Notes: generated from the letters alone by a model not told the origin. A DNA stretch of 64,000 bases from Auanema rhodensis (GCA_964057225.1 OZ059900.1:18104001-18168000); one strand, 5' to 3'. Positions 1 through 13,100 are shown, numbered from the stretch's first letter. Made by a program: numbers and translations.

Positions 1-342
1 AACAAGGTTTTGACTTACGATTTCATGTGTTCAAACTCATGCAATGTCAATGAAACCTAGCTCAAAATTGTTCCTACAACGTCTAGTTCCACTTTCACGA
101 CAAAAAAACAGGGGTTAGAAAATTAAGGAAATTAGCATATTCTGAGGGCACGCCCCTTATGGCTAATATTGATTAAATCGATTTTTGTTCATATGAGTCG
201 TCAAATGCAACGAATTTCAGCGTGTTACATACTAAAATGAAGCATTTTACATGCTGAACACTAGAAAAATACAAAAACATAGTATTTCCCATGAGAAATA
301 TTTTATTATGCTGGAAAACCAGTTTTTGGAAATTTCGCTGTA
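1..342. repeat. Representative 342-bp monomer (115 G+C of 342; one ClaI ATCGAT and one NdeI CATATG site per typical unit)
   Basis: Direct reading of the first unit; phase is arbitrary, set by the window start. ATCGAT at 177-182, CATATG at 190-195. Confidence 0.97.
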
Positions 343-684
343 AACAAGGTTTTGACTTACGATTTCATGTGTTCAAACTCATGCAATGTCAATGAAACCT
401 AGCTCAAAATTGTTCGTACAACGTCTAGTTCCACTTTCACGACAAAAAAACAGGGGTTAGAAAATTAAGGAAATTAGCATATTCTGAGGGCACGCCCTTT
501 ATGGCTAATATTGATTAAATCGATTTTTGTTCATATGAGTCGTCAAATGCAACGAATTTCAGCGTGTTACATACTAAAATGAAGCATTTTACATGCTGAA
601 CACTAGAAAAATACAAAAACACAGTATTTCCCATGAGAAATATTTTATTATGCTGGAAAACCAGTTTTTGGAAATTTCGCTGTA

Positions 685-3600
685 AACAAGGTTTTGACTT
701 ACGATTTCATGTGTTCAAACTCATGCAATGTCAATGAAACCTAGCTCAAAATTGTTCGTACAACGTCTAGTTCCACTTTCACGACAAAAAAACAGGGGTT
801 AGAAAATTAAGGAAATTAGCATATTCTGAGGGCACGCCCCTTATGGCTAATATTGATTAAATCGATTTTTGTTCATATGAGTCGTCAAATGCAACGAATT
901 TCAGCGTGTCACATACTAAAATGAAGCATTTTACATGCTGAACGCTAGAAAAATACAAAAACACAGTATTTCCCATGAGAAATATTTTATTATGCTGGAA
1001 AACCAGTTTTTGGAAATTTCGCTGTAAACAAGGTTTTGACTTACGATTTCATGTGTTCAAACTCATGCAATGTCAATGAAACCTAGCTCAAAATTGTTCC
1101 TACAACGTCTAGTTCCACTTTCACGACAAAAAAACAGGGGTTAGAAAATTAAGGAAATTAGCATATTCTGAGGGCACGCCCTTTATGGCTAATATTGATT
1201 AAATCGATTTTTGTTCATATGAGTCGTCAAATGCAACGAATTTCAGCGTGTTACATACTAAAATGAAGCATTTTACATGCTGAACGCTAGAAAAATACAA
1301 AAACACAGTATTTCCCATGAGAAATATTTTATTATGCTGGAAAACCAGTTTTTGGAAATTTCGCTGTAAACAAGGTTTTGACTTACGATTTCATGTGTTC
1401 AAACTCATGCAATGTCAATGAAACCTAGCTCAAAATTGTTGCTACAACGTCTAGTTCCACTTTCACGACAAAAAAACAGGGGTTAGAAAATTAAGGAAAT
1501 TAGCATATTCTGAGGGCACGCCCCTTATGGCTAATATTGATTAAATCGATTTTTGTTCATATGAGTCGTCAAATGCAACGAATTTCAGCGTGTTACATAC
1601 TAAAATGAAGCATTTTACATGTTGAACACTAGAAAAATACAAAAACACAGTATTTCCCATGAGAAATATTTTATTATGCTGGAAAACCAGTTTTTGGAAA
1701 TTTCGCTGTAAACAAGGTTTTGACTTACGATTTCATGTGTTCAAACTCATGCAATGTCAATGAAACCTAGCTCAAAATTGTTCGTACAACGTCTAGTTCC
1801 ACTTTCACGACAAAAAAACAGGGGTTAGAAAATTAAGGAAATTAGCATATTCTGAGGGCACGCCCCCTTATGGCTAATATTGATTAAATCGATTTTTGTT
1901 CATATGAGTCGTCAAATGCAACGAATTTCAGCGTGTCACATACTAAAATGAAGCATTTTACATGCTGAACGCTAGAAAAATACAAAAACACAGTATTTCC
2001 CATGAGAAATATTTTATTATGCTGGAAAACCAGTTTTTGGAAATTTCGCTGTAAACAAGGTTTTGACTTACGATTTCATGTGTTCAAACTCATGCAATGT
2101 CAATGAAACCTAGTTCAAAATTGTTCCTACAACGTCTAGTTCCACTTTCACGACAAAAAAACAGGGGTTAGAAAATTAAGGAAATTAGCATATTCTGAGA
2201 GCACGCCCTTTATGGCTAATATTGATTAAATCGATTTTTGTTCATATGAGTCGTCAAATGCAACGAATTTCAGCGTGTCACATACTAAAATGAAGCATTT
2301 TACATGCTGAACACTAGAAAAATACAAAAACACAGTATTTCCCATGAGAAATATTTTATTATGCTGGAAAACCAGTTTTTGGAAATTTCGCTGTAAACAA
2401 GGTTTTGACTTACGATTTCATGTGTTCAAACTCATGCAATGTCAATGAAACCTAGCTCAAAATTGTTCGTACAACGTCTAGTTCCACTTTCACGACAAAA
2501 AAACAGGGGTTAGAAAATTAAGGAAATTAGCATATTCTGAGGGCACGCCCCTTATGGCTAATATTGATTAAATCGATTTTTGTTCATATGAGTCGTCAAA
2601 TGCAACGAATTTCAGCGTGTCACATACTAAAATGAAGCATTTTACATGCTGAACGCTAGAAAAATACAAAAACACAGTATTTCCCATGAGAAATATTTTA
2701 TTATGCTGGAAAACCAGTTTTTGGAAATTTCGCTGTAAACAAGGTTTTGACTTACGATTTCATGTGTTCAAACTCATGCAATGTCAATGAAACCTAGCTC
2801 AAAATTGTTCCTACAACGTCTAGTTCCACTTTCACGACAAAAAAACAGGGGTTAGAAAATTAAGGAAATTAGCATATTCTGAGGGCACGCCCTTTATGGC
2901 TAATATTGATTAAATCGATTTTTGTTCATATGAGTCGTCAAATGCAACGAATTTCAGCGTGTTACATACTAAAATGAAGCATTTTACATGCTGAACGCTA
3001 GAAAAATACAAAAACACAGTATTTCCCATGAGAAATATTTTATTATGCTGGAAAACCAGTTTTTGGAAATTTCGCTGTAAACAAGGTTTTGACTTACGAT
3101 TTCATGTGTTCAAACTCATGCAATGTCAATGAAACCTAGCTCAAAATTGTTGCTACAACGTCTAGTTCCACTTTCACGACAAAAAAACAGGGGTTAGAAA
3201 ATTAAGGAAATTAGCATATTCTGAGGGCACGCCCCTTATGGCTAATATTGATTAAATCGATTTTTGTTCATATGAGTCGTCAAATGCAACGAATTTCAGC
3301 GTGTTACATACTAAAATGAAGCATTTTACATGTTGAACACTAGAAAAATACAAAAACACAGTATTTCCCATGAGAAATATTTTATTATGCTGGAAAACCA
3401 GTTTTTGGAAATTTCGCTGTAAACAAGGTTTTGACTTACGATTTCATGTGTTCAAACTCATGCAATGTCAATGAAACCTAGCTCAAAATTGTTCGTACAA
3501 CGTCTAGTTCCACTTTCACGACAAAAAAACAGGGGTTAGAAAATTAAGGAAATTAGCATATTCTGAGGGCACGCCCCCTTATGGCTAATATTGATTAAAT

Positions 3601-4106
3601 CGATTTTTGTTCATATGAGTCGTCAAATGCAACGAATTTCAGCGTGTCACATACTAAAATGAAGCATTTTACATGCTGAACGCTAGAAAAATACAAAAAC
3701 ACAGTATTTCCCATGAGAAATATTTTATTATGCTGGAAAACCAGTTTTTGGAAATTTCGCTGTAAACAAGGTTTTGACTTACGATTTCATGTGTTCAAAC
3801 TCATGCAATGTCAATGAAACCTAGTTCAAAATTGTTCCTACAACGTCTAGTTCCACTTTCACGACAAAAAAACAGGGGTTAGAAAATTAAGGAAATTAGC
3901 ATATTCTGAGAGCACGCCCTTTATGGCTAATATTGATTAAATCGATTTTTGTTCATATGAGTCGTCAAATGCAACGAATTTCAGCGTGTTACATACTAAA
4001 ATGAAGCATTTTACATGCTGAACACTAGAAAAATACAAAAACATAGTATTTCCCATGAGAAATATTTTATTATGCTGGAAAACCAGTTTTTGGAAATTTC
4101 GCTGTA
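685..4106. repeat. Tandem duplication of a 5-monomer unit (1711 bp x2; M3-7 and M8-12)
   Basis: The same ordered variant series occurs twice: GTCAC+AACGC; CC+CCCT+AACGC; TTGCT+GTTGAAC; 5C+GTCAC+AACGC; TAGTT+GAGAGC. Confidence 0.92.
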
Positions 4107-7100
4107 AACAAGGTTTTGACTTACGATTTCATGTGTTCAAACTCATGCAATGTCAATGAAACCTAGCTCAAAATTGTTCCTACAACGTCTAGTTCCACTT
4201 TCACGACAAAAAAACAGGGGTTAGAAAATTAAGGAAATTAGCATATTCTGAGGGCACGCCCTTTATGGCTAATATTGATTAAATCGATTTTTGTTCATAT
4301 GAGTCGTCAAATGCAACGAATTTCAGCGTGTTACATACTAAAATGAAGCATTTCACATGCTGAACACTAGAAAAATACAAAAACACAGTATTTCCCATGA
4401 GAAATATTTTATTATGCTGGAAAACCAGTTTTTGGAAATTTCGCTGTAAACAAGGTTTTGACTTACGATTTCATGTGTTCAAACTCATGCAATGTCAATG
4501 AAACCTAGCTCAAAATTGTTCGTACAACGTCTGGTTCCACTTTCACGACAAAAAAACAGGGGTTAGAAAATTAAGGAAATTAGCATATTCTGAGGGCACG
4601 CCCCTTATGGCTAATATTGATTAAATCGATTTTTGTTCATATGAGTCGTCAAATGCAACGAATTTCAGCGTGTTACATACTAAAATGAAGCATTTTACAT
4701 GCTGAACACTAGAAAAATACAAAAACACAGTATTTCCCATGAGAAATATTTTATTATGCTGGAAAACCAGTTTTTGGAAATTTCGCTGTAAACAAGGTTT
4801 TGACTTACGATTTCATGTGTTCAAACTCATGCAATGTCAATGAAACCTAGCTCAAAATTGTTCGTACAACGTCTAGTTCCACTTTCACGACAAAAAAACA
4901 GGGGTTAGAAAATTAAGGAAATTAGCATATTCTGAGGGCACGCCCCCTTATGGCTAATATTGATTAAATCGATTTTTGTTCATATGAGTCGTCAAATGCA
5001 ACGAATTTCAGCGTGTTACATACTAAAATGAAGCATTTTACATGCTGAACACTAGAAAAATACAAAAACACAGTATTTCCCATGAGAAATATTTTATTAT
5101 GCTGGAAAACCAGTTTTTGAAAATTTCGCTGTAAACAAGGTTTTGACTTACGATTTCATGTTTTCAAACTCATGCAATGTCAATGAAACCTAGCTCAAAA
5201 TTGTTCGTACAACGTCTAGTTCCACTTTCACGACAAAAAAACAGGGGTTAGAAAATTAAGGAAATTAGCATATTCTGAGGGCACGCCCCCTTATGGCTAA
5301 TATTGATTAAATCGATTTTTGTTCATATGAGTCGTCAAATGCAACGAATTTCAGCGTGTTACATACTAAAATGAAGCATTTTACATGCTGAACACTAGAA
5401 AAATACAAAAACACAGTATTTCCCATGAGAAATATTTTATTATGCTGGAAAACCAGTTTTTGGAAATTTCGCTGTAAACAAGGTTTTGACTTACGATTTC
5501 ATGTGTTCAAACTCATGCAATGTCAATGAAACCTAGCTCAAAATTGTTCGTACAACGTCTAGTTCCACTTTCACGACAAAAAAACAGGGGTTAGAAAATT
5601 AAGGAAATTAGCATATTCTGAGGGCACGCCCCTTATGGCTAATATTGATTAAATCGATTTTTGTTCATATGAGTCGTCAAATGCAACGAATTTCAGCGTG
5701 TTACATACTAAAATGAAGCATTTTACATGCTGAACACTAGAAAAATACAAAAACACAGTATTTCCCATGAGAAATATTTTATTATGCTGGAAAACCAGTT
5801 TTTGGAAATTTCGCTGTAAACAAGGTTTTGACTTACGATTTCATGTGTTCAAACTCATGCAATGTCAATGAAACCTAGCTCAAAATTGTTCGTACAACGT
5901 CTAGTTCCACTTTCACGACAAAAAAACAGGGGTTAGAAAATTAAGGAAATTAGCATATTCTGAGGGCACGCCCCCTTATGGCTAATATTGATTAAATCGA
6001 TTTTTGTTCATATGAGTCGTCAAATGCAACGAATTTCAGCGTGTTACATACTAAAATGAAGCATTTTACATGCAGAACACTAGAAAAATACAAAAACACA
6101 GTATTTCCCATGAGAAATATTTTATTATGCTGGAAAACCAGTTTTTGGAAATTTCGCTGTAAACAAGGTTTTGACTTACGATTTCATGTGTTCAAACTCA
6201 TGCAATGTCAATGAAACCTAGCTCAAAATTGTTCGTACAACGTCTAGTTCCACTTTCACGACAAAAAAACAGGGGTTAGAAAATTAAGGAAATTAGCATA
6301 TTCTGAGGGCACGCCCTTTATGGCTAATATTGATTAAATCGATTTTTGTTCATATGAGTCGTCAAATGCAACGAATTTCAGCGTGTTACATACTAAAATG
6401 AAGCATTTTACATGCTGAACACTAGAAAAATACAAAAACACAGTATTTCCCATGAGAAATATTTTATTATGCTGGAAAACCAGTTTTTGAAAATTTCGCT
6501 GTAAACAAGGTTTTGACTTACGATTTCATGTGTTCAAACTCATGCAATGTCAATGAAACCTAGCTCAAATTTGTTCCTACAACGTCTAGTTCCACTTTCA
6601 CGACAAAAAAACAGGGGTTAGAAAATTAAGGAAATTAGCATATTCTGAGGGCACGCCCCTTATGGCTAATATTGATTAAATCGATTTTTGTTCATATGAG
6701 TCGTCAAATGCAACGAATTTCAGCGTGTTACATACTAAAATGAAGCATTTTACATGCTGAACACTAGAAAAATACAAAAACACAGTATTTCCCATGAGAA
6801 ATATTTTATTATGCTGGAAAACCAGTTTTTGGAAATTTCGCTGTAAACAAGGTTTTGACTTACGATTTCATGTGTTCAAACTCATGCAATGTCAATGAAA
6901 CCTAGCTCAAAATTGTTCCTACAACGTCTAGTTCCACTTTCACGACAAAAAAACAGGGGTTAGAAAATTAAGGAAATTAGCATATTCTGAGGGCACGCCC
7001 TTTATGGCTAATATTGATTAAATCGATTTTTGTTCATATGAGTCGTCAAATGCAACGAATTTCAGCGTGTTACATACTAAAATGAAGCATTTCACATGCT

Positions 7101-10100
7101 GAACACTAGAAAAATACAAAAACACAGTATTTCCCATGAGAAATATTTTATTATGCTGGAAAACCAGTTTTTGGAAATTTCGCTGTAAACAAGGTTTTGA
7201 CTTACGATTTCATGTGTTCAAACTCATGCAATGTCAATGAAACCTAGCTCAAAATTGTTCGTACAACGTCTAGTTCCACTTTCACGACTAAAAAACAGGG
7301 GTTAGAAAATTAAGGAAATTAGCATATTCTGAGGGCACGCCCCTTATGGCTAATATTGATTAAATCGATTTTTGTTCATATGAGTCGTCAAATGCAACGA
7401 ATTTCAGCGTGTTACATACTAAAATGAAGCATTTTACATGCTGAACACTAGAAAAAAACAAAAACACAGTATTTCCCATGAGAAATATTTTATTATGCTG
7501 GAAAACCAGTTTTTGGAAATTTCGCTGTAAACAAGGTTTTGACTTACGATTTCATGTGTTCAAACTCATGCAATGTCAATGAAACCCAGCTCAAAATTGT
7601 TCGTACAACGTCTAGTTCCACTTTCACGACAAAAAAACAGGGGTTAGAAAATTAAGGAAATTAGCATATTCTGAGGGCACGCCCCTTATGGCTAATATTG
7701 ATTAAATCGATTTTTGTTCATAGGAGTCGTCAAATGCAACGAATTTCAGCGTGTTACATACTAAAATGAAGCATTTTACATGCTGAACACTAGAAAAATA
7801 CAAAAACACAGTATTTCCCATGAGAAATATTTTATTATGCTGGAAAACCAGTTTTTGGAAATTTCGCTGTAAACAAGGTTTTGACTTACGATTTCATGTG
7901 TTCAAACTCATGCAATGTCAATGAAACCTAGCTCAAAATTGTTCGTACAACGTCTAGTTCCACTTTCACGACAAAAAAACAGGGGTTAGAAAATTAAGGA
8001 AATTAGCATATTCTGAGGGCACGCCCCTTATGGCTAATATTGATTAAATCGATTTTTGTTCATATGAGTCGTCAAATGCAACGAATTTCAGCGTGTTACA
8101 TACTAAAATGAAGCATTTTACATGCTGAACACTAGAAAAATACAAAAACACAGTATTTCCCATGAGAAATATTTTATTATGCTGGAAAACCAGTTTTTGG
8201 AAATTTCGCTGTAAACAAGGTTTTGACTTACGATTTCATGTGTTCAAACTCATGCAATGTCAATGAAACCCAGCTCAAAATTGTTCGTACAACGTCTAGT
8301 TCCACTTTCACGACAAAAAAACAGGGGTTAGAAAATTAAGGAAATTAGCATATTCTGAGGGCACGCCCCTTATGGCTAATATTGATTAAATCGATTTTTG
8401 TTCATATGAGTCGTCAAATGCAACGAATTTCAGCGTGTTACATACTAAAATGAAGCATTTTACATGCTGAACACTAGAAAAATACAAAAACACAGTATTT
8501 CCCATGAGAAATATTTTATTATGCTGGAAAACCAGTTTTTGGAAATTTCGCTGTAAACAAGGTTTTGACTTACGATTTCATGTGTTCAAACTCATGCAAT
8601 GTCAATGAAACCTAGCTCAAAATTGTTCGTACAACGTCTAGTTCCACTTTCACGACAAAAAAACAGGGGTTAGAAAATTAAGGAAATTAGCATATTCTGA
8701 GGGCACGCCCCTTATGGCTAATATTGATTAAATCGATTTTTGTTCATATGAGTCGTCAAATGCAACGAATTTCAGCGTGTTACATACTAAAATGAAGCAT
8801 TTTACATGCTGAACACTTGAAAAATACAAAAACACAGTATTTCCCATGAGAAATATTTTATTATGCTGGAAAACCAGTTTTTGGAAATTTCGCTGTAAAC
8901 AAGGTTTTGACTTACGATTTCATGTGTTCAAACTCATGCAATGTCAATGAAACCCAGCTCAAAATTGTTCGTACAACGTCTAGTTCCACTTTCACGACAA
9001 AAAAACAGGGGTTAGAAAATTAAGGAAATTAGCATATTCTGAGGGCACGCCCCTTATGGCTAATATTGATTAAATCGATTTTTGTTCATATGAGTCGTCA
9101 AATGCAACGAATTTCAGCGTGTTACATACTAAAATGAAGCATTTTACATGCTGAACACTAGAAAAATACAAAAACACAGTATTTCCCATGAGAAATATTT
9201 TATTATGCTGGAAAACCAGTTTTTGGAAATTTCGCTGTAAACAAGGTTTTGACTTACGATTTCATGTGTTCAAACTCATGCAATGTCAATAAAACCTAGC
9301 TCAAAATTGTTCGTACAACGTCTAGTTCCACTTTCACGACAAAAAAACAGGTGTTAGAAAATTAAGGAAATTAGCATATTCTGAGGGCACGCCCCTTATG
9401 GCTAATATTGATTAAATCGATTTTTGTTCATATGAGTCGTCAAATGCAACGAATTTCAGCGTGTTACATACTAAAATGAAGCATTTTACATGCTGAACAC
9501 TAGAAAAATACAAAAACACAGTATTTCCCATGAGAAATATTTTATTATGCTGGAAAACCAGTTTTTGAAAATTTCGCTGTAAACAAGGTTTTGACTTACG
9601 ATTTCATGTGTTCAAACTCATGCAATGTCAATGAAACCTAGCTCAAAATTGTTCCTACAACGTCTAGTTCCACTTTCACGACAAAAAAACAGGGGTTAGA
9701 AAATTAAGGAAATTAGCATATTCTGAGGGCACGCCCTTTATGGCTAATATTGATTAAATCGATTTTTGTTCATATGAGTCGTCAAATGCAACGAATTTCA
9801 GCGTGTTACATACTAAAATGAAGCATTTTACATGCTGAACACTAGAAAAATACAAAAACACAGTATTTCCCATGAGAAATATTTTATTATGCTGGAAAAC
9901 CAGTTTTTGAAAATTTCGCTGTAAACAAGGTTTTGACTTACGATTTCATGTGTTCAAACTCATGCAATGTCAATGAAACCTAGCTCAAAATTGTTCCTAC
10001 AACGTCTAGTTCCACTTTCACGACAAAAAAACAGGGGTTAGAAAATTAAGGAAATTAGCATATTCTGAGGGCACGCCCCTTATGGCTAATATTGATTAAA

Positions 10101-13100
10101 TCGATTTTTGTTCATATGAGTCGTCAAATGCAACGAATTTCAGCGTGTTACATACTAAAATGAAGCATTTTACATGCTGAACACTAGAAAAATACAAAAA
10201 CACAGTATTTCCCATGAGAAATATTTTATTATGCTGGAAAACCAGTTTTTGAAAATTTCGCTGTAAACAAGGTTTTGACTTACGATTTCATGTGTTCAAA
10301 CTCATGCAATGTCAATGAAACCTAGCTCAAAATTGTTCCTACAACGTCTAGTTCCACTTTCACGACAAAAAAACAGGGGTTAGAAAATTAAGGAAATTAG
10401 CATATTCTGAGGGCACGCCCTTTATGGCTAATATTGATTAAATCGATTTTTGTTCATATGAGTCGTCAAATGCAACGAATTTCAGCGTGTTACATACTAA
10501 AATGAAGCATTTTACATGCTGAACACTAGAAAAATACAAAAACACAGTATTTCCCATGAGAAATATTTTATTATGCTGGAAAACCAGTTTTTGAAAATTT
10601 CGCTGTAAACAAGGTTTTGACTTACGATTTCATGTGTTCAAACTCATGCAATGTCAATGAAACCTAGCTCAAAATTGTTCCTACAACGTCTAGTTCCACT
10701 TTCACGACAAAAAAACAGGGGTTAGAAAATTAAGGAAATTAGCATATTCTGAGGGCACGCCCCTTATGGCTAATATTGATTAAATCGATTTTTGTTCATA
10801 TGAGTCGTCAAATGCAACGAATTTCAGCGTGTTACATACTAAAATGAAGCATTTTACATGCTGAACACTAGAAAAATACAAAAACACAGTATTTCCCATG
10901 AGAAATATTTTATTATGCTGGAAAACCAGTTTTTGGAAATTTCGCTGTAAACAAGGTTTTGACTTACGATTTCATGTGTTCAAACTCATGCAATGTCAAT
11001 GAAACCTAGCTCAAAATTGTTCCTACAACGTCTAGTTCCACTTTCACGACAAAAAAACAGGGGTTAGAAAATTAAGGAAATTAGCATATTCTGAGGGCAC
11101 GCCCTTTATGGCTAATATTGATTAAATCGATTTTTGTTCATATGAGTCGTCAAATGCAACGAATTTCAGCGTGTTACATACTAAAATGAAGCATTTCACA
11201 TGCTGAACACTAGAAAAATACAAAAACACAGTATTTCCCATGAGAAATATTTTATTATGCTGGAAAACCAGTTTTTGGAAATTTCGCTGTAAACAAGGTT
11301 TTGACTTACGATTTCATGTGTTCAAACTCATGCAATGTCAATGAAACCTAGCTCAAAATTGTTCGTACAACGTCTAGTTCCACTTTCACGACAAAAAAAC
11401 AGGGGTTAGAAAATTAAGGAAATTAGCATATTCTGAGGGCACGCCCCTTATGGCTAATATTGATTAAATCGATTTTTGTTCATATGAGTCGTCAAATGCA
11501 ACGAATTTCAGCGTGTTACATACTAAAATGAAGCATTTTACATGCTGAACACTAGAAAAATACAAAAACACAGTAATACCCATGAGAAATATTTTATTAT
11601 GCTGGAAAACCAGTTTTTGGAAATTTCGCTGTAAACAAGGTTTTGACTTACGATTTCATGTGTTCAAACTCATGCAATGTCAATGAAACCTAGCTCAAAA
11701 TTGTTCGTACAACGTCTAGTTCCACTTTCACGACAAAAAAACAGGGGTTAGAAAATTAAGGAAATTAGCATATTCTGAGGGCACGCCCCTTATGGCTAAT
11801 ATTGATTAAATCGATTTTTGTTCATATGAGTCGTCAAATGCAACGAATTTCAGCGTGTTACATACTAAAATGAAGCATTTTACATGCTGAACACTAGAAA
11901 AATACAAAAACACAGTAATACCCATGAGAAATATTTTATTATGCTGGAAAACCAGTTTTTGGAAATTTCGCTGTAAACAAGGTTTTGACTTACGATTTCA
12001 TGTGTTCAAACTCATGCAATGTCAATGAAACCTAGCTCAAAATTGTTCCTACAACGTCTAGTTCCACTTTCACGACAAAAAAACAGGGGTTAGAAAATTA
12101 AGGAAATTAGCATATTCTGAGGGCACGCCCCTTATGGCTAATATTGATTAAATCGATTTTTGTTCATATGAGTCGTCAAATGCAACGAATTTCAGCGTGT
12201 TACATACTAAAATGAAACATTTTACATGCTGAACACTATAAAAATACAAAAACACAGTATTTCCCATGAGAAATATTTTATTATGCTGGAAAACCAGTTT
12301 TTGGAAATTTCGCTGTAAACAAGGTTTTGACTTACGATTTCATGTGTTCAAACTCATGCAATGTCAATGAAACCTAGCTCAAAATTGTTCCTACAACGTC
12401 TAGTTCCACTTTCACGACAAAAAAACAGGGGTTAGAAAATTAAGGAAATTAGCATATTCTGAGGGCACGCCCCTTATGGCTAATATTGATTAAATCGATT
12501 TTTGTTCATATGAGTCGTCAAATGCAACGAATTTCAGCGTGTTACATACTAAAATGAAGCATTTTACATGCTGAACACTAGAAAAATACAAAAACATAGT
12601 ATTTCCCATGAGAAATATTTTATTATGCTGGAAAACCAGTTTTTGGAAATTTCGCTGTAAACAAGGTTTTGACTTACGATTTCATGTGTTCAAACTCATG
12701 CAATGTCAATGAAACCTAGCTCAAAATTGTTCCTACAACGTCTAGTTCCACTTTCACGACAAAAAAACAGGGGTTAGAAAATTAAGGAAATTAGCATATT
12801 CTGAGGGCACGCCCTTTATGGCTAATATTGATTAAATCGATTTTTGTTCATATGAGTCGTCAAATGCAACGAATTTCAGCGTGTTACATACTAAAATGAA
12901 GCATTTTACATGCTGAACACTAGAAAAATACAAAAACACAGTATTTCCCATGAGAAATATTTTATTATGCTGGAAAACCAGTTTTTGGAAATTTCGCTGT
13001 AAACAAGGTTTTGACTTACGATTTCATGTGTTCAAACTCATGCAATGTCAATGAAACCTAGCTCAAAATTGTTCGTACAACGTCTAGTTCCACTTTCACG

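Noticed and set aside
111-118. Telomere-like GGGGTTAG or G-quadruplex
   Set aside because: A single isolated motif per monomer, with no tandem TTAGG/TTAGGG and no four closely spaced G-runs.
1-342. Primate alpha-satellite dimer (2x171)
   Set aside because: Only the length matches; I do not recognise alpha-satellite consensus motifs and there is no intact CENP-B box. BLAST would settle it.
1-342. 5S rRNA, tRNA or snRNA tandem gene cluster
   Set aside because: No recognisable 5S sequence, tRNA cloverleaf or A/B-box arrangement; the low GC is inconsistent with these.
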